This document shows, in pieces, positions 39,463-50,430 of a stretch of 64,000 nt of DNA (within the stretch, counting starts at the first letter, position 1; each line of letters starts with the position of its first letter). The position numbers and the translations under genes are program-made. The notes below the pieces were generated by a model that saw nothing but the letters and a program-made list of their open reading frames with translations, was not told the DNA's origin and did no database searches. This DNA comes from Gracilinanus agilis (lineage: Eukaryota), in assembly GCF_016433145.1 (NCBI RefSeq), contig NC_058136.1, positions 926,141 to 990,140 on the forward strand, read 5' to 3'.

Positions 39463-39669
39463 CAGGGGTCGGCATCGTATGTCTCTTGAGCCATATCTGG
39501 CTCTTTTGAGGGCCAGATATGGCTCTTTCTGCAGGAGCCATAAAGTCAATTTTTTTTCAGGTGCTGTTTTACAGGAGCGCACTGTGAGCACTGTACGGCT
39601 CTCATGAAATTACATTTTAAAAAAGGTGGCGTTTATGGCTCTCACGGCCAAAAAGGTTGCCCACCCCTG
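39463..39669. mobile_element. Young hAT-Charlie MITE, 207 bp
   Basis: TIRs caggggtcggcatc / gttgcccacccctg; perfect 8-bp TSD gtctagtc (39455-39462, 39670-39677); six CpGs retained. Confidence 0.95.
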
Positions 39670-39724
39670 GTCTAGTCCATGCTCCTTACCTCTCCCCTCA
39701 TCCTAATACTTAGGCCTCAATATG

Positions 39725-40175
39725 CTGTTATTTGTTCTTTCTTTTTTTGATGAGGACACCAAGAAAGTGATATTTTAATTTGCATTTGAATTATATTTAA
39801 GTGAGGCAGAGTTACACAGTCATCAGCCTCACTCTCTCTTCCAGAGGCATTGAAGTCCAGTGGCAAGACAAAAGTCAGGACAAGTGGTGATGGTGTCTGG
39901 TGCAGTGGATGACCTTGATATCTTCAGTGTGTCTGACCAGGCACTAAGAGCTCCACAGTGCCTGCTTCAGCCACCTTCATGGGCATTGGAACCAATTGTT
40001 CTTATCCACTCATTCTGCTAGGGGAAGTCTTCACACGCTTGGGGGTAGATACCCCACTATCTCACTGATAGGCTTTAGGCTTCTTGATTACCTTCAGCTT
40101 GGTTTAGCCTATCTTCTAAGACAGTTTTACCAGCATATGGCCACTGTATGTGCTATAGCTCCTTGGAACAACTAG
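39725..40175 (+). mobile_element. Marsupial RTE 5'-region / RTE-derived SINE-like element
   Basis: tatttaagtgaggcagag...cagcctcactctctcttccagag...gtccagtggcaagac...tgcagtggatgaccttg...ggggaagtcttcac motifs typical of marsupial RTE-related repeats. Confidence 0.75.
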
Positions 40176-40254
40176 TATTATTCTTATGTAAGGTTTTTTT
40201 TTGTGCAGTACCGATTATCAGTTGAAATATCACATTTATGTTCTTGCTTTTCAG

Positions 40255-40780
40255 GCCTCGGTGGACTACATGATGCAAAAATGATCACTAAGAAAATGAG
40301 GTCAGGAAGAATAGCTGGACTGAACCAAAATACAGAAAAAAATCCATCCGAGATGCAATACAAATACAAAGTTATTATTAGTTTCAAAATATTTGAAAGA
40401 GGGGCAAGATTCCAAAGAGTGGCAAAAAATCACAAATGGAAATTTAATGCTATCCAATCACATATTGATAACTACTACTTGCTTTTTTTTCACTAAAAAT
40501 ATGCATCATAATGGTTTACATTAATAATATCCTTTATGAATACACTAGAAAAGAAAAGTTAAACTCTGAATATGACATTTTTCCAACAGATAACATCTTC
40601 AAGATTGATTCCTAGGTGTGGACAACACAAAGAGTGCATTATATTTATTATTTGTTGGTGTAAAAAGTATTTGACTTAATAATGTATTCACTGGAAATGT
40701 ATTTGTAATTGTAAATGTAAAAAGTATTTGACTAAATAATGCATATAATAATAAAGGGTCTCTACTAACAAGATGTCTCA
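40255..40780 (+). other. Candidate terminal exon / 3' UTR with polyadenylation signal
   Basis: Acceptor gttcttgcttttcag| at 40254. AT-rich non-repetitive body, clustered TGTA motifs at 40659-40720, AATAAA at 40750-40755. Gene not recognised. Confidence 0.3.
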
Positions 40781-40950
40781 TACATATGTTAGGAGCATAG
40801 AACATTTTTTAAAGATTCAACCAAAAGGACAACTTTGCCCCGCATGTATAAATTGTATGCAAAACAGAGAAATATGATCATAAAATATAATTTGTCAGTG
40901 CCATGGAGGATACCCTACATAAATCCAAATAGAAGGTGGATGTTATAAAT

Positions 40951-41130
40951 CAGAAGTTCTTAATCTTTTTTTTTTTTGAGTCATCTCTTGATAGTCTGAT
41001 AAAACCTACAGATCCCTTCTCAGAACAGTTCTTAAATATATAAAATAAAATACATAAGATTGCAAAAGGAAAGCAATCATATTAAATAATTATCAAAATA
41101 TTTTAAAACATGTTCATAGGTCCCATTTTA
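40951..41130 (+). mobile_element. hAT/MER-type non-autonomous element (family shared with 11755-11975)
   Basis: cagaagttcttaatctttt...gatcccttctcagaa...aaataaaatacataagattgcaaaagga...ttaaaaacccatg; degenerate TIR-like ends. Confidence 0.7.
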
Positions 41131-41479
41131 AAAACCCATGCAATAGAGGACGGGGATATCTTAATGCTCCTATTTATGGAGTACAGTGTTATTTACTGCA
41201 TCAAGCCACTATAGGGTCTCCTAAATGCTATCCACAACCACAGATAAGTTACAGTTTGAGGGATATATACAAGAAAAGTCAAGTGAATAAAAATATATGT
41301 TGCTGAGATTATGACATACAACTAATCTAGCACATTATTTCACTTGGTCCACTGATACGTATATCTTAGACAGCTGCGACAAAAAATTGGGTAGAAAGAG
41401 GAGAGAGAGCTTATCCATATTTTGGAAACGACATAATACTTTCAGTGATATCACACTATTCCATGTTGCTAAGACCATT

Positions 41480-43300
41480 CTTTTAACATCAATATTTTCA
41501 CTAGCAATATAAAAAAATTTAAAGGGGAATTCAAAACAAATGAAGAAAATAATAAAAGATATTATTAGAAACTGCTTTACTCAATTATATGCTATTAAAA
41601 CCAAGTTAAGTAAAGTGAATTATTATTTACAAACATATAAAATATCCATATTAGCAAAACAAGAAATAGAGAATTTAAACAACTCAATCTCAGAAAATAG
41701 AATGAACAAACCATGCATGAACCCCCAAAATAAAAAAAAATACTAGGACGGGATGGATTTATTAACAAATTCTCTCAAAGCAATTAATTCCAATATTATA
41801 CAACTGCAGAAATAGAAAAAAAGATATCTGACAAATTTCTTTTCATAATACAAATTTGGTTTTGATATTCTAAATCAAGAAGAGTCAAAGTAGAGAATGA
41901 AAACTATAAATTAATATACCTAGTAATATCAATGCAAGATTTTAAAATATAATATTAGCAAAGGGGCTAGATCAACACATTACAAAGAGAGAGTATAAGT
42001 AAATTGGATCAAAACCAGAATTCAGGGCTGTCTCAATATTATGGGGAAAAAACACAGCTGACCATATTAATAACAAGAACAAAAAAAACACAGTGATATG
42101 AATAGCTGCAGAAAAATCTTATAACAAAATATTACACTTGTTTTTGCTATGAAACACTAGATAACAAAAAATAGAAAGAATTTTCATCAATAAAGGAATA
42201 GGAAGGGGAAAGAGTTGGTTTTTATGTAGTACCTGCTATGTGTCAAGCACTATGCTCAGCATTTTTACAAATATTATCTCATTTGATCCTTACAATAGCC
42301 CTGCAAGGTAGATGCTTTTATTATGCTTTACATGGCAAGTAGTATATGTCTATACTCAAGAATCATTATATTCAATAGAGATAAATTACATGCCTTTCCA
42401 AAAAGATTAGGGGTAAAACAATGATGTCCATTGCCACCACTAATCTTTAATATAGTGCTAGAAATGCTAGCTAAATCAATGACAAGAAAAATAAAATGGA
42501 AGGATTAAACATAGACAAAGAAGAAATAAAATTATTGCTTTCTACCACTGTTATGATGGTATATTTAGAGAACCCTAGAGGGTCACCTAAAAACGAATTA
42601 AAACAATAACTCCAGCTGCATTTCAAAATATTAAAAACATTCACATAATTCATTGGCATTTCTATATATTACAAAAAACAATAAGAAGAGATAAATTCCA
42701 CATAAAATAAATATAGAAGCATAAAATAATTCTGTCTACCTACTAAGGCAGATGTAAAAACTACATGAATACAAATATGAACATAAAGATAGATTTAGAT
42801 AATTTTTTAAAAAATTAATTGCTTTTGGGTAGGCCAAATCAATACAAATGATGATATATCCTAAATCAATTAACTAATTTGATGCCATATGAGTCAAATG
42901 ATCAGAAAATTAATTTATAAAGCTAGGAGAAAGAAAACAAAATTCACCTGATGGGAAACCATGAAAAATTGGGAAGGGCACAAGTCAAGCAGTATCAGGT
43001 CTCAAACTATACCCAAAGTGGCAAAAATAATCACAATTTGATATTGGTAGAGAAATAGAGATGTTGATCACTGTAATAGATTAGGTACACAACATACATA
43101 AGTAAATAAATATGGTAGTCTATTGTTTGTTTGATGAACACAAAGACCCCATCTACTAATGTAAGATATTATTTGAGAAAAAATATTGAAAAAACTAGGA
43201 AGTAGACTGGCAAAAGCTAGGAAAAAGCCATCATCTCATACCACATGCCAAGATAAGGTCCAGATGGGTAAATGACTTAAACATAAAGAATGGCATCAGT
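41480..43300 (+). mobile_element. Old L1 ORF2 (reverse transcriptase region), decayed; resumes at 44941-45185
   Basis: ORF 41540-41746 (IIRNCFTQLYAIK...QEIENLNNSIS) parallels L1 ORF2 IREYYKHLYANK...EEVESLNRPIT; downstream remnants resemble QGCPLSPLLFNIVLE and FADDMIVYLENP; many stops. Confidence 0.9.
42225..42335 (-). mobile_element. MAR/MIR-type SINE 3' fragment inserted in the old L1
   Basis: tacctgctatgtgtcaagcactatgctcagc...tattatctcatttgatccttacaatagccctg interrupts L1 ORF2. Confidence 0.75.
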
Positions 43301-44940
43301 CTATACCTAGTTTCTGCCAAACTAGTTTCTAGTTATCCCCGGCAATTTTTGCCAAATAGTGATTTCTTTTCCCAAAAACTTGGATCTATAATTTTTTCAA
43401 ATACAAGATTACTAAAATGTTATTGCTCTTTATTATATGCCTATTCTGCTCCACTGATGTATCTTTTTATTTCTAAGGTTGTACTCGATATTTTTCATGA
43501 TTATTACTTTATAATACAATTGAAAATCAAGTACTAATAGATTTCCTTCCATTATTTTTATTAATTCTTTTGATATTTTGATCTTTTATTCACCCAGATT
43601 AATTTTATTACTTTTTCTAACTCAAAATATTTTTCTTAATTTAATTGAGATATCTTACATAATTGAAATAGCTTACATAATATCTTACATGATCCTAAGA
43701 TAGGATCAAAATGGACACATGATCTAGACATAAAAAGAAATATCACAAGTAAACTAGAAGAACAAAGAACACGCTACCTATCAAATTTATTTATAGGAGA
43801 GGAATTTTATGAATCACCAAGAGATGGAGAGCACTATAAAATGTAAAATGGATAATTTGGGGTATATTAAATTGAATCATTTTTGTACAAATAAAACAAA
43901 TGATGCCAAGATTAGAAGGAAAGCAGAAAATTGGGGAAAATGTATATAGATGGCCTCTCAGATAGAGGTCGCATATCTAAAATACATAGAGAACTATGTC
44001 AAATTTGTAATAATAACAGCCAACCCCCAACTAAAATGGGGCAAAAGATATGAACAGACAAATTTAGATGAAAAAGTCAAAGCCATAAATAGGTTTATAA
44101 AAAATGCTCTAAATCACTAATGACTAGAGAAATGCAAAGCAAAACAACTCTGAGATGTCAACTCAGTCCATTAGACTGACTAAAATGGGAAAAAAAGACA
44201 AAATAACAAATGTTGGAGAAGACGTGGGAAAAATGGGGACACTAATGCATTGTTGGTGGAGCTATGACTGATTCAGCCATTTTGGAGTGCAATTTGGAAT
44301 TACACTTAGAGAGTTATAAAACTCTGTATACCCTTAGATCTTACAATATCATTGCTGGATCTGTTACCCAAGGAGATCAGGGAAAAAGAAAAAAAAACTC
44401 TCATGTTTCAAAATATTTATAGCAGTTCTTTTTGTGGTGGCAAAGAGTTGGAAACTGGGGGAATGTCCATCAATTGGGGAATGGCTGAAAAGTTGTGATA
44501 TTTTATTGTGATGAAATACTACTATAACATAAGAAATTATGAACAGACTGGTTTAAAAAAAACTTGGAAAGAACTACATGAGATTGAGATAATGAACAAT
44601 GAAATAATAGAACCAGGAGAACATGATACACAACCACAGAATAAATGCTGGAAAAATAAACTGTGAACATTACCTCCAGAAACTGAAGAGAAAGCTAAAA
44701 CACAAAAGATTTAATTTATATGTATACGTGTTCATCTTCCTGATAATATCTTATGTGGTGCAGGAAGGCTAAAGAGGGACCAGGACACTTATGGACAGGA
44801 TTTATTATGAATCTATGAAAAAATAAGCTAAACATATGGAAGATTCATGACTTCATTTACATACTATCTTCTTTTTCTTTCTTTATGGAAATGCTTCTTT
44901 GGTTTTGTAAAATTAAGAATAAATAATAAAAATTTTTTAA
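43300..44940 (+). mobile_element. Younger 5'-inverted L1 nested in the old L1 (inverted 43300-~43650, sense ~43681-44940 with 3' UTR)
   Basis: The antisense ORF2 segment ends (in L1 orientation) at ctaggtatagac. The sense segment starts at the adjacent L1 position (atcttac...aagataggatcaaaatgg) and runs through the ORF2 C-terminus and 3' UTR to an A-rich tail. Confidence 0.78.
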
Positions 44941-45187
44941 AAGATGACACAACCAAATGAAAAGAACACACAGCTATTGCCTTTCTGATCTATGGATAAG
45001 GAAAGATGTCATTGCCAAATAAAAAATAGAGAGAATCACGGAAGATAAAAATAACAATTTTGACTACATATTATTGAAATGTTTTTGTATAAACAAAACT
45101 AATAGAGATAAAATTAGAAAAGAAATAGGTAACTAGGGGGAAATCTTTGCAACAAACTCTGATAAAACTCACATTTTCCAAGATATA

Positions 45188-45327
45188 CAGGGTGTACCAT
45201 AAATCGTTGTGTAATTTTAAACTTTAATCACTTCAAAAATATAAATGGTATAATTTGCTCTCCAAAACTTTAAAGTTTAATTACTCAAATGCATTTTACA
45301 CTTATTTCAACAATACGGGATACCTTG
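45188..45327. mobile_element. Tc1/mariner-type non-autonomous element fragment
   Basis: ta|cagggtgtacc... start and ...gggataccttg end resemble CAGGGTGTCCC TIRs with a TA target. Confidence 0.6.
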
Positions 45328-45959
45328 TCATTATGCATAACATGCATGACTGTTTCTGAATGATGCAATAACCAGCCATGATATCAGAAAAGTCCCTGTC
45401 TCCTAATAAAGAAATGATGGATTTGGGGAAAATAATAAGCCTTCTTTTTGGACATAGGCAATGCAGTCATTTGTTTTACTTTTTATTTTTTTTTTATGAG
45501 ATTTTTTTGTTTGTTTTTGTTTTGTTTTCTAGTGGAAAAAATTGTTTTGTTCATTAAAAAAAATGAACAACCACCAAAAGAATCATCAATATTCTCCCCT
45601 TGAGGGAATGGATAGCTTGGTAGATAAAAAAGTGGCCAGCCTTAGAGACTTGAGTTCAAATCCTACCTCTAACACATACCAGCTGTGTAATCTTGGGCAA
45701 ATCATTTAATTTCTCAATGCCCCAGACAATTTTCTAACACAAGTTGCAGTGAAGTTGCTACCCTCCATCAGTAAAGGAGGTTTCTAAACCATGAGTTTCC
45801 ACAGTGATGGAATCAGTTTCATCTATTCTAGACCAAAAAAAAAAAGAAAAAGAAAGAAAATCTCCCAGTAATTCTAAATGCCTGTGAATCATAATTTCAG
45901 AATGATGGAAATCACAAGTAACCCTAAGGGCAATGAAACACATGTGTCTGATAAAATAG

Positions 45960-46235
45960 GTTGTAACGTATTACTAGTAATATGTTGAATGCACAAAATA
46001 GCACCAGAAGACTAGTAGAAATGAACCAGTGGAAAGAAAGTGGGTCATGTAGCCAAAGTGGAAGATGAGAGTTAGATACCTCACATACTGCATTTGTTGT
46101 CATGAAATGTTTAAAGACCAAAAAGAAGGCAGCAAGCACTGTTGGGTAAATTATGGTGAATTTACAAAAGGGCATAGACAAGAATCACACAGGCTGAGAA
46201 GGTAGGAATGGATTTCAACTTGTGCTAGCAGTGCT
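45960..46235 (+). mobile_element. RTE LINE 3' fragment
   Basis: gtgggtcatgtagcc...agcactgttgggt...catagacaagaatcacacaggctgagaagg resembles the marsupial RTE 3' end. Confidence 0.65.
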
Positions 46236-46826
46236 CAGACTGATATGATTATGGATCAACCTATTAAACCTTTGAAGTATCATTTTGCATAATCATTTTT
46301 CAGTATATTCTTGGGAGCACAAACTAAGTAACCTCTAAGGTCCCTCCTTGGTCTAATCCTATGAAATCCTGTGACTTTAAATGTGTTATTTTGAAAGAGT
46401 TCTAATGGAGGGAGGGAGGTGAAGGATTGTCTATATTTGGAAGTAGCTTATATTCAGGCAAATAAAACATGTCTCCTTCAATTTGCCTGTTGAGAATTCT
46501 TTCTGCATTCATTGTCTTCCTGCCAAAATTCTTCAGGACAATATTTCCCAGAAAATCCTCCTCATACTCTAAAAGTTATGAGTCAACTGGCTGAGTTAAG
46601 ACTCAGTCAAATCAATCCTAGAGGAGAGATCTTGGAGAACTTCCTATGACTGTCTCGAGAATCTTTTCCTGGGCTTCCTGGGGTACTGTGATAATAGACT
46701 CAAAAAAAAAAAAATAGGAGAGACTAAAGGGTAAAGTCTGTTTTTTAGAAGAAAGGGAATGTGGTAACATTTAACTCATGATATATAAAAAAGACAAGTT
46801 GGTTTTTTTTCCATCATATAATTTAC

Positions 46827-47002
46827 CTTAACAATCTTTCCAATTTGCCAATAGTAGGATGTTATTCCATCTTGGTTTGGTTTGGGGAAGAAGGCATGTG
46901 TCTCTAATCTTTTTGAAATTGAGATTTGTCTGCCCTTTTGAGAGTACATATTAATCTTCCCCCAAAACTCTGTCTTCATTCCAGGAATATTCCGGGTCCA
47001 GA
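46827..47002 (-). CDS. Candidate 176-nt coding exon, unidentified (xWTRNIPGMKTEFWGKINMYSQKGRQISISKRLETHAFFPKPNQDGITSYYWQIGKIVK)
   Basis: Minus-strand acceptor aatcttaactataaacag| and donor AAG|gtaaat; one frame open across the whole exon and the other two closed. No protein recognised. Confidence 0.3.
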
Positions 47003-48104
47003 CTGTTTATAGTTAAGATTAAATAGATAAATAAGTGCCACAATCTCCACCCTCACCCCTACCCTGCAGAACCCCAGTCACTTATTATGAAGACTTCTAT
47101 GAGTCAGGCAAAATAACTTCAACCTGGAAGGAGCAATATAATTAATGTGTCACCTCTGTTCCTTTTTCAGATGACTAGTTATTTTAATCTTCTTAATTCT
47201 TGAAATTAAGTAAAAAGCAAATTCCAGGAAAAGTTTTCATCACACTCTATTTCTTCCCACTACTCACTCTTTTTCTATGGAATAATGGATTGGCACTGAG
47301 CCAAGAGGGACAGCGGAGTTTGCTCTCTCCCAGTAAGGTACCCTTAGTTCTGGTCTTATGTGTGAACAAGTTTCAGTACTAGAAGGACAGGAGACAAGTT
47401 CTTTTTCATATTCATTGGTTCTTTATGCCCCTACTCTAGGGCCTTAGAGAAAATTACTTAATCATGGCACAAGTCTAGCATTGCCCCAAAGGGAAATAGA
47501 AAGATGCTTAATGTAAAATGTAAATCTGATATATTTATTATTTTGTTATTATTTATTTGGTATTTATTTGTATTTATTACTTCAATTATTTATTATTTCA
47601 ATTATTTCTTTTTTCTTTATTTCCTTTTAAAATTTATTTTATTTCTTCAACACTATTTATTACTTCAATTCAAAAGACTCAAAAATTCAAGTGCAACACA
47701 GAAACTTATAAATATTACATTACTAGCAAGAAGTTGATCTTTAAAATATTAAAACAAAGGATATTTAAAGAGACTGCTAAATAGACATTGGACCTTTACC
47801 TAAGTTTTATATTGGTCAAACAATTCCTTCAGATTACTTTGGCAAACCAAGGCAGGGTTTGGTCTCTCTCCAAAGTGCTTTTCTTCTGCTTTAAGCATTA
47901 TAGTAATTGTAAAGGGCAACAAATAGGGAACCCAAGAATTTCCAAATCTCCAAGATAGCCACTTCCAAAAATTCTCTTTAATGATTGCTATTTAGTCACC
48001 TATTCTTAGGGAACAAAACACAAAGCAGAGATGACCCACCCTTAAGCTCATCAAGGTAGGATATGCTAGATGATATTTATAGACAATTGTCTTTACTTGG
48101 AGCA

Positions 48105-48365
48105 TGGGAAAGAAAGAGAATCATCTCCCCAGGGGAAAAAAGGGGTAGAGGAGGGAGGAAGGAAAAAAAATATAAAAGGAGAGGAAGAGAGGGAAATAGG
48201 GAAAGAGATAGGGAAGGAAAGAGAAAGAGAAAGAGGAGAAAAGAAAGAAAAAGGCAAGGAGAGAGAGGAAAAAACAGAGACAAAGAGGGAAAAGAGGGAA
48301 AGGGAAGAAGATAGAAAGGGTGAAAGAGGGAAAAGGAGGGAGAAGAGAGAACAGGAAGAGAGAGA
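48105..48365 (+). repeat. GA-rich low-complexity tract
   Basis: Direct; source of the E/K/R-rich and S/L/F/P-rich spurious ORFs. Confidence 0.9.
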
Positions 48366-48669
48366 TCCTGAGAACGTGCTTCAGAAAGGGTTGAAAAAGT
48401 CTGAAAAGACAAAGCTCAGGCAGCCTTTTCAGGATCTACTAAGTAGGTGGCCACCGTTGCCTCATTGGCTGTTAAAAAGATTGTTTCAACACTCCAAAGC
48501 ATCAAGTCCTTCAATATTGAACCTGTTCACATTGAATTCTGAACTCATCAGATGTAGCCTCGGGTCCCACAAATGAAGGGAAAGGGAGGGAATCACCTAT
48601 TTAAACTACTATATCCACACTCATGAATTGTACTACCTCTTGATACACACCTGACTTTGTTTCTCAAAT

Positions 48670-49995
48670 ATGAATCATACATTCCTGAAGGCATAGAATT
48701 ATAGAGTTCCCAAATATCCCAAGGAGTTAATATGATTTCTGAGCCATCGTTAGTGATCACAGAATTGGGCAAAAACAGGAAAGATGCCACATGACTAAAG
48801 AAGGTCAAATATCCCTGTGTTTGTCTTTAAAGGAAAAATAATTAAGTGCAAAGTAATCAATAAGTTTAACTTTTGTTTCTGGAAAAATTCTAGTAGAGAT
48901 CTTTAAAGAGAAAGCTAATGATTCCCTAGAAAACAATGCAGTGATTAACAGAACCAACACACCTACATAAAGAATAAGTCATGCCATACTAATTTTATTT
49001 CCTCTTTTGACAGGACTTCTAAACTGATAAGCCTAGGGAATGCTTTAGACATAGTTCATCTAATTTTTGGCTGCAGACTTAATAATACAAATAATTTAAT
49101 TTATGCTATTTAATAACTTAGTAAAATCATCCTTGTGGAAAATATGGCAGAATATGAACTAGACAATTTCAGGACAAGAAATTAGATAAAATTCTGAACT
49201 GGTTGAAGGCCCAGACCTAAAGAGTTCAAAATCTGTGTGGTAGGACATCTCTAGAAAAGAACCCGAGGGGCCTCTATTTGTTCCTGTGCTTTTCAATATG
49301 TTTATCAACAACACATAAAATCAGAAATGGCATGTAGAGGAACTTTGCAAGCTGGATGACAAAGTCAAGATTCAAAGAGATCTTGACAGGCTAGATGAGG
49401 GGTGAATTGATCTGTTCAGTGTGCTTGGGAAAACTGAGAATTGTTTTTACATTTTAAAGCTCATAGGACATACAGAAAGAGTTGGTGGGCCAGACCTGAC
49501 CCTGAGACCATAGTTTGTCAACCCCTGGGCTAGATCATTAGAACCAATCTAATAAGATGAACTCCAACATGAAGAAATGTAAAGTCTTGTACTTAAAGTT
49601 CAAAAAATCAGCTTTATACATACAGAACCAGGCACGGTTTGTCTGAAAAATATCTGGAGATATTTGTGGACTACAAGCTTAGTATGACTCAACAATACCC
49701 TATGATGGCCAAAAAAGTTAATGGAATCTTGGGCTATATTAAGAAAGGTATGGAGGCATCCAGGACTAGGAAGAAGAGAGGTCTTCTGCAATTTTCTCTA
49801 ATCAGAGAATTGTATTCAGTTCTGGACACCACAATAGGTGGCAAACAGAAAGGAACAGGATCTGGAGTCCACTTCATACGAGGATCAGTTGTAGGAAGTG
49901 GTCATGTTTAGCTTAGAGATGACTTAGAGAGGACATGATAACTTTCTTCAAAAGCTATCCATGGGAAGGGGGCTAAATTTGTTCTGTTTGTCTCC
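48670..49995 (+). mobile_element. CR1/L3 LINE, reverse-transcriptase-to-3' region, decayed
   Basis: ORF 49639-49911 (EKYLEIFVDYKLSMTQQYPMMAKKVNGILGYIKK) parallels CR1 [34 protein letters not shown]; upstream remnants resemble SCQTNLISFFD. Confidence 0.88.
49397..49527. mobile_element. hAT-Charlie (MER58/Cheshire-like) MITE nested in CR1
   Basis: Right TIR gtttgtcaacccctg; perfect 8-bp TSD ggctagat (49389-49396, 49528-49535). Confidence 0.85.
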
Positions 49996-50019
49996 AGACA
50001 GCAGAATCAGGAACAATGG

Positions 50020-50126
50020 ATACAAGTAATGACACTGTTCTAATGATGATCAACTATGAAAGATTTTGCTGTACTATCACATCAAGGATCCAAGATAATC
50101 CTGAAAGACTCATGATAGATAGATAA

Positions 50127-50187
<61 letters not shown>

Positions 50188-50430
50188 GATAGAGATATAG
50201 AATACTATCCAATTCCAGAGAGAGAACTAAGAACTCTGAATGTAAATTCAAGTATAATTTTCTCAGTTTATTTTGGGGGAGTTTTGTGATATGACTAATA
50301 TAGAAATGCTTTACATGATTTCATAGGTATAATTGATATTTGTTTTCTCAATGAGTAGGGTGGGCCTGGAGGGAGGGAGGGAGGGAATTTGGAACTCGAT
50401 TAAAAGAATATTAAAAATAAAAAACAGTTT
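50020..50430 (+). mobile_element. Old marsupial L1 3' UTR with internal (AGAT)n at ~50116-50185
   Basis: atgatcaactatgaaaga...gatccaagataat...ctatccaattccagagagagaact...gggagggagggaatttggaactc, ending in an A-rich tail. Confidence 0.72.

Noticed and set aside
46870-46900. HAFFPK resembling the MMP catalytic motif AHAFFP
   Set aside because: The surrounding MMP residues (DGPGG upstream, GDxHFD downstream) are missing, so no gene name is assigned.
48063-48576. 168-aa charged ORF and overlapping ORFs
   Set aside because: Translation of a GA-rich low-complexity tract.
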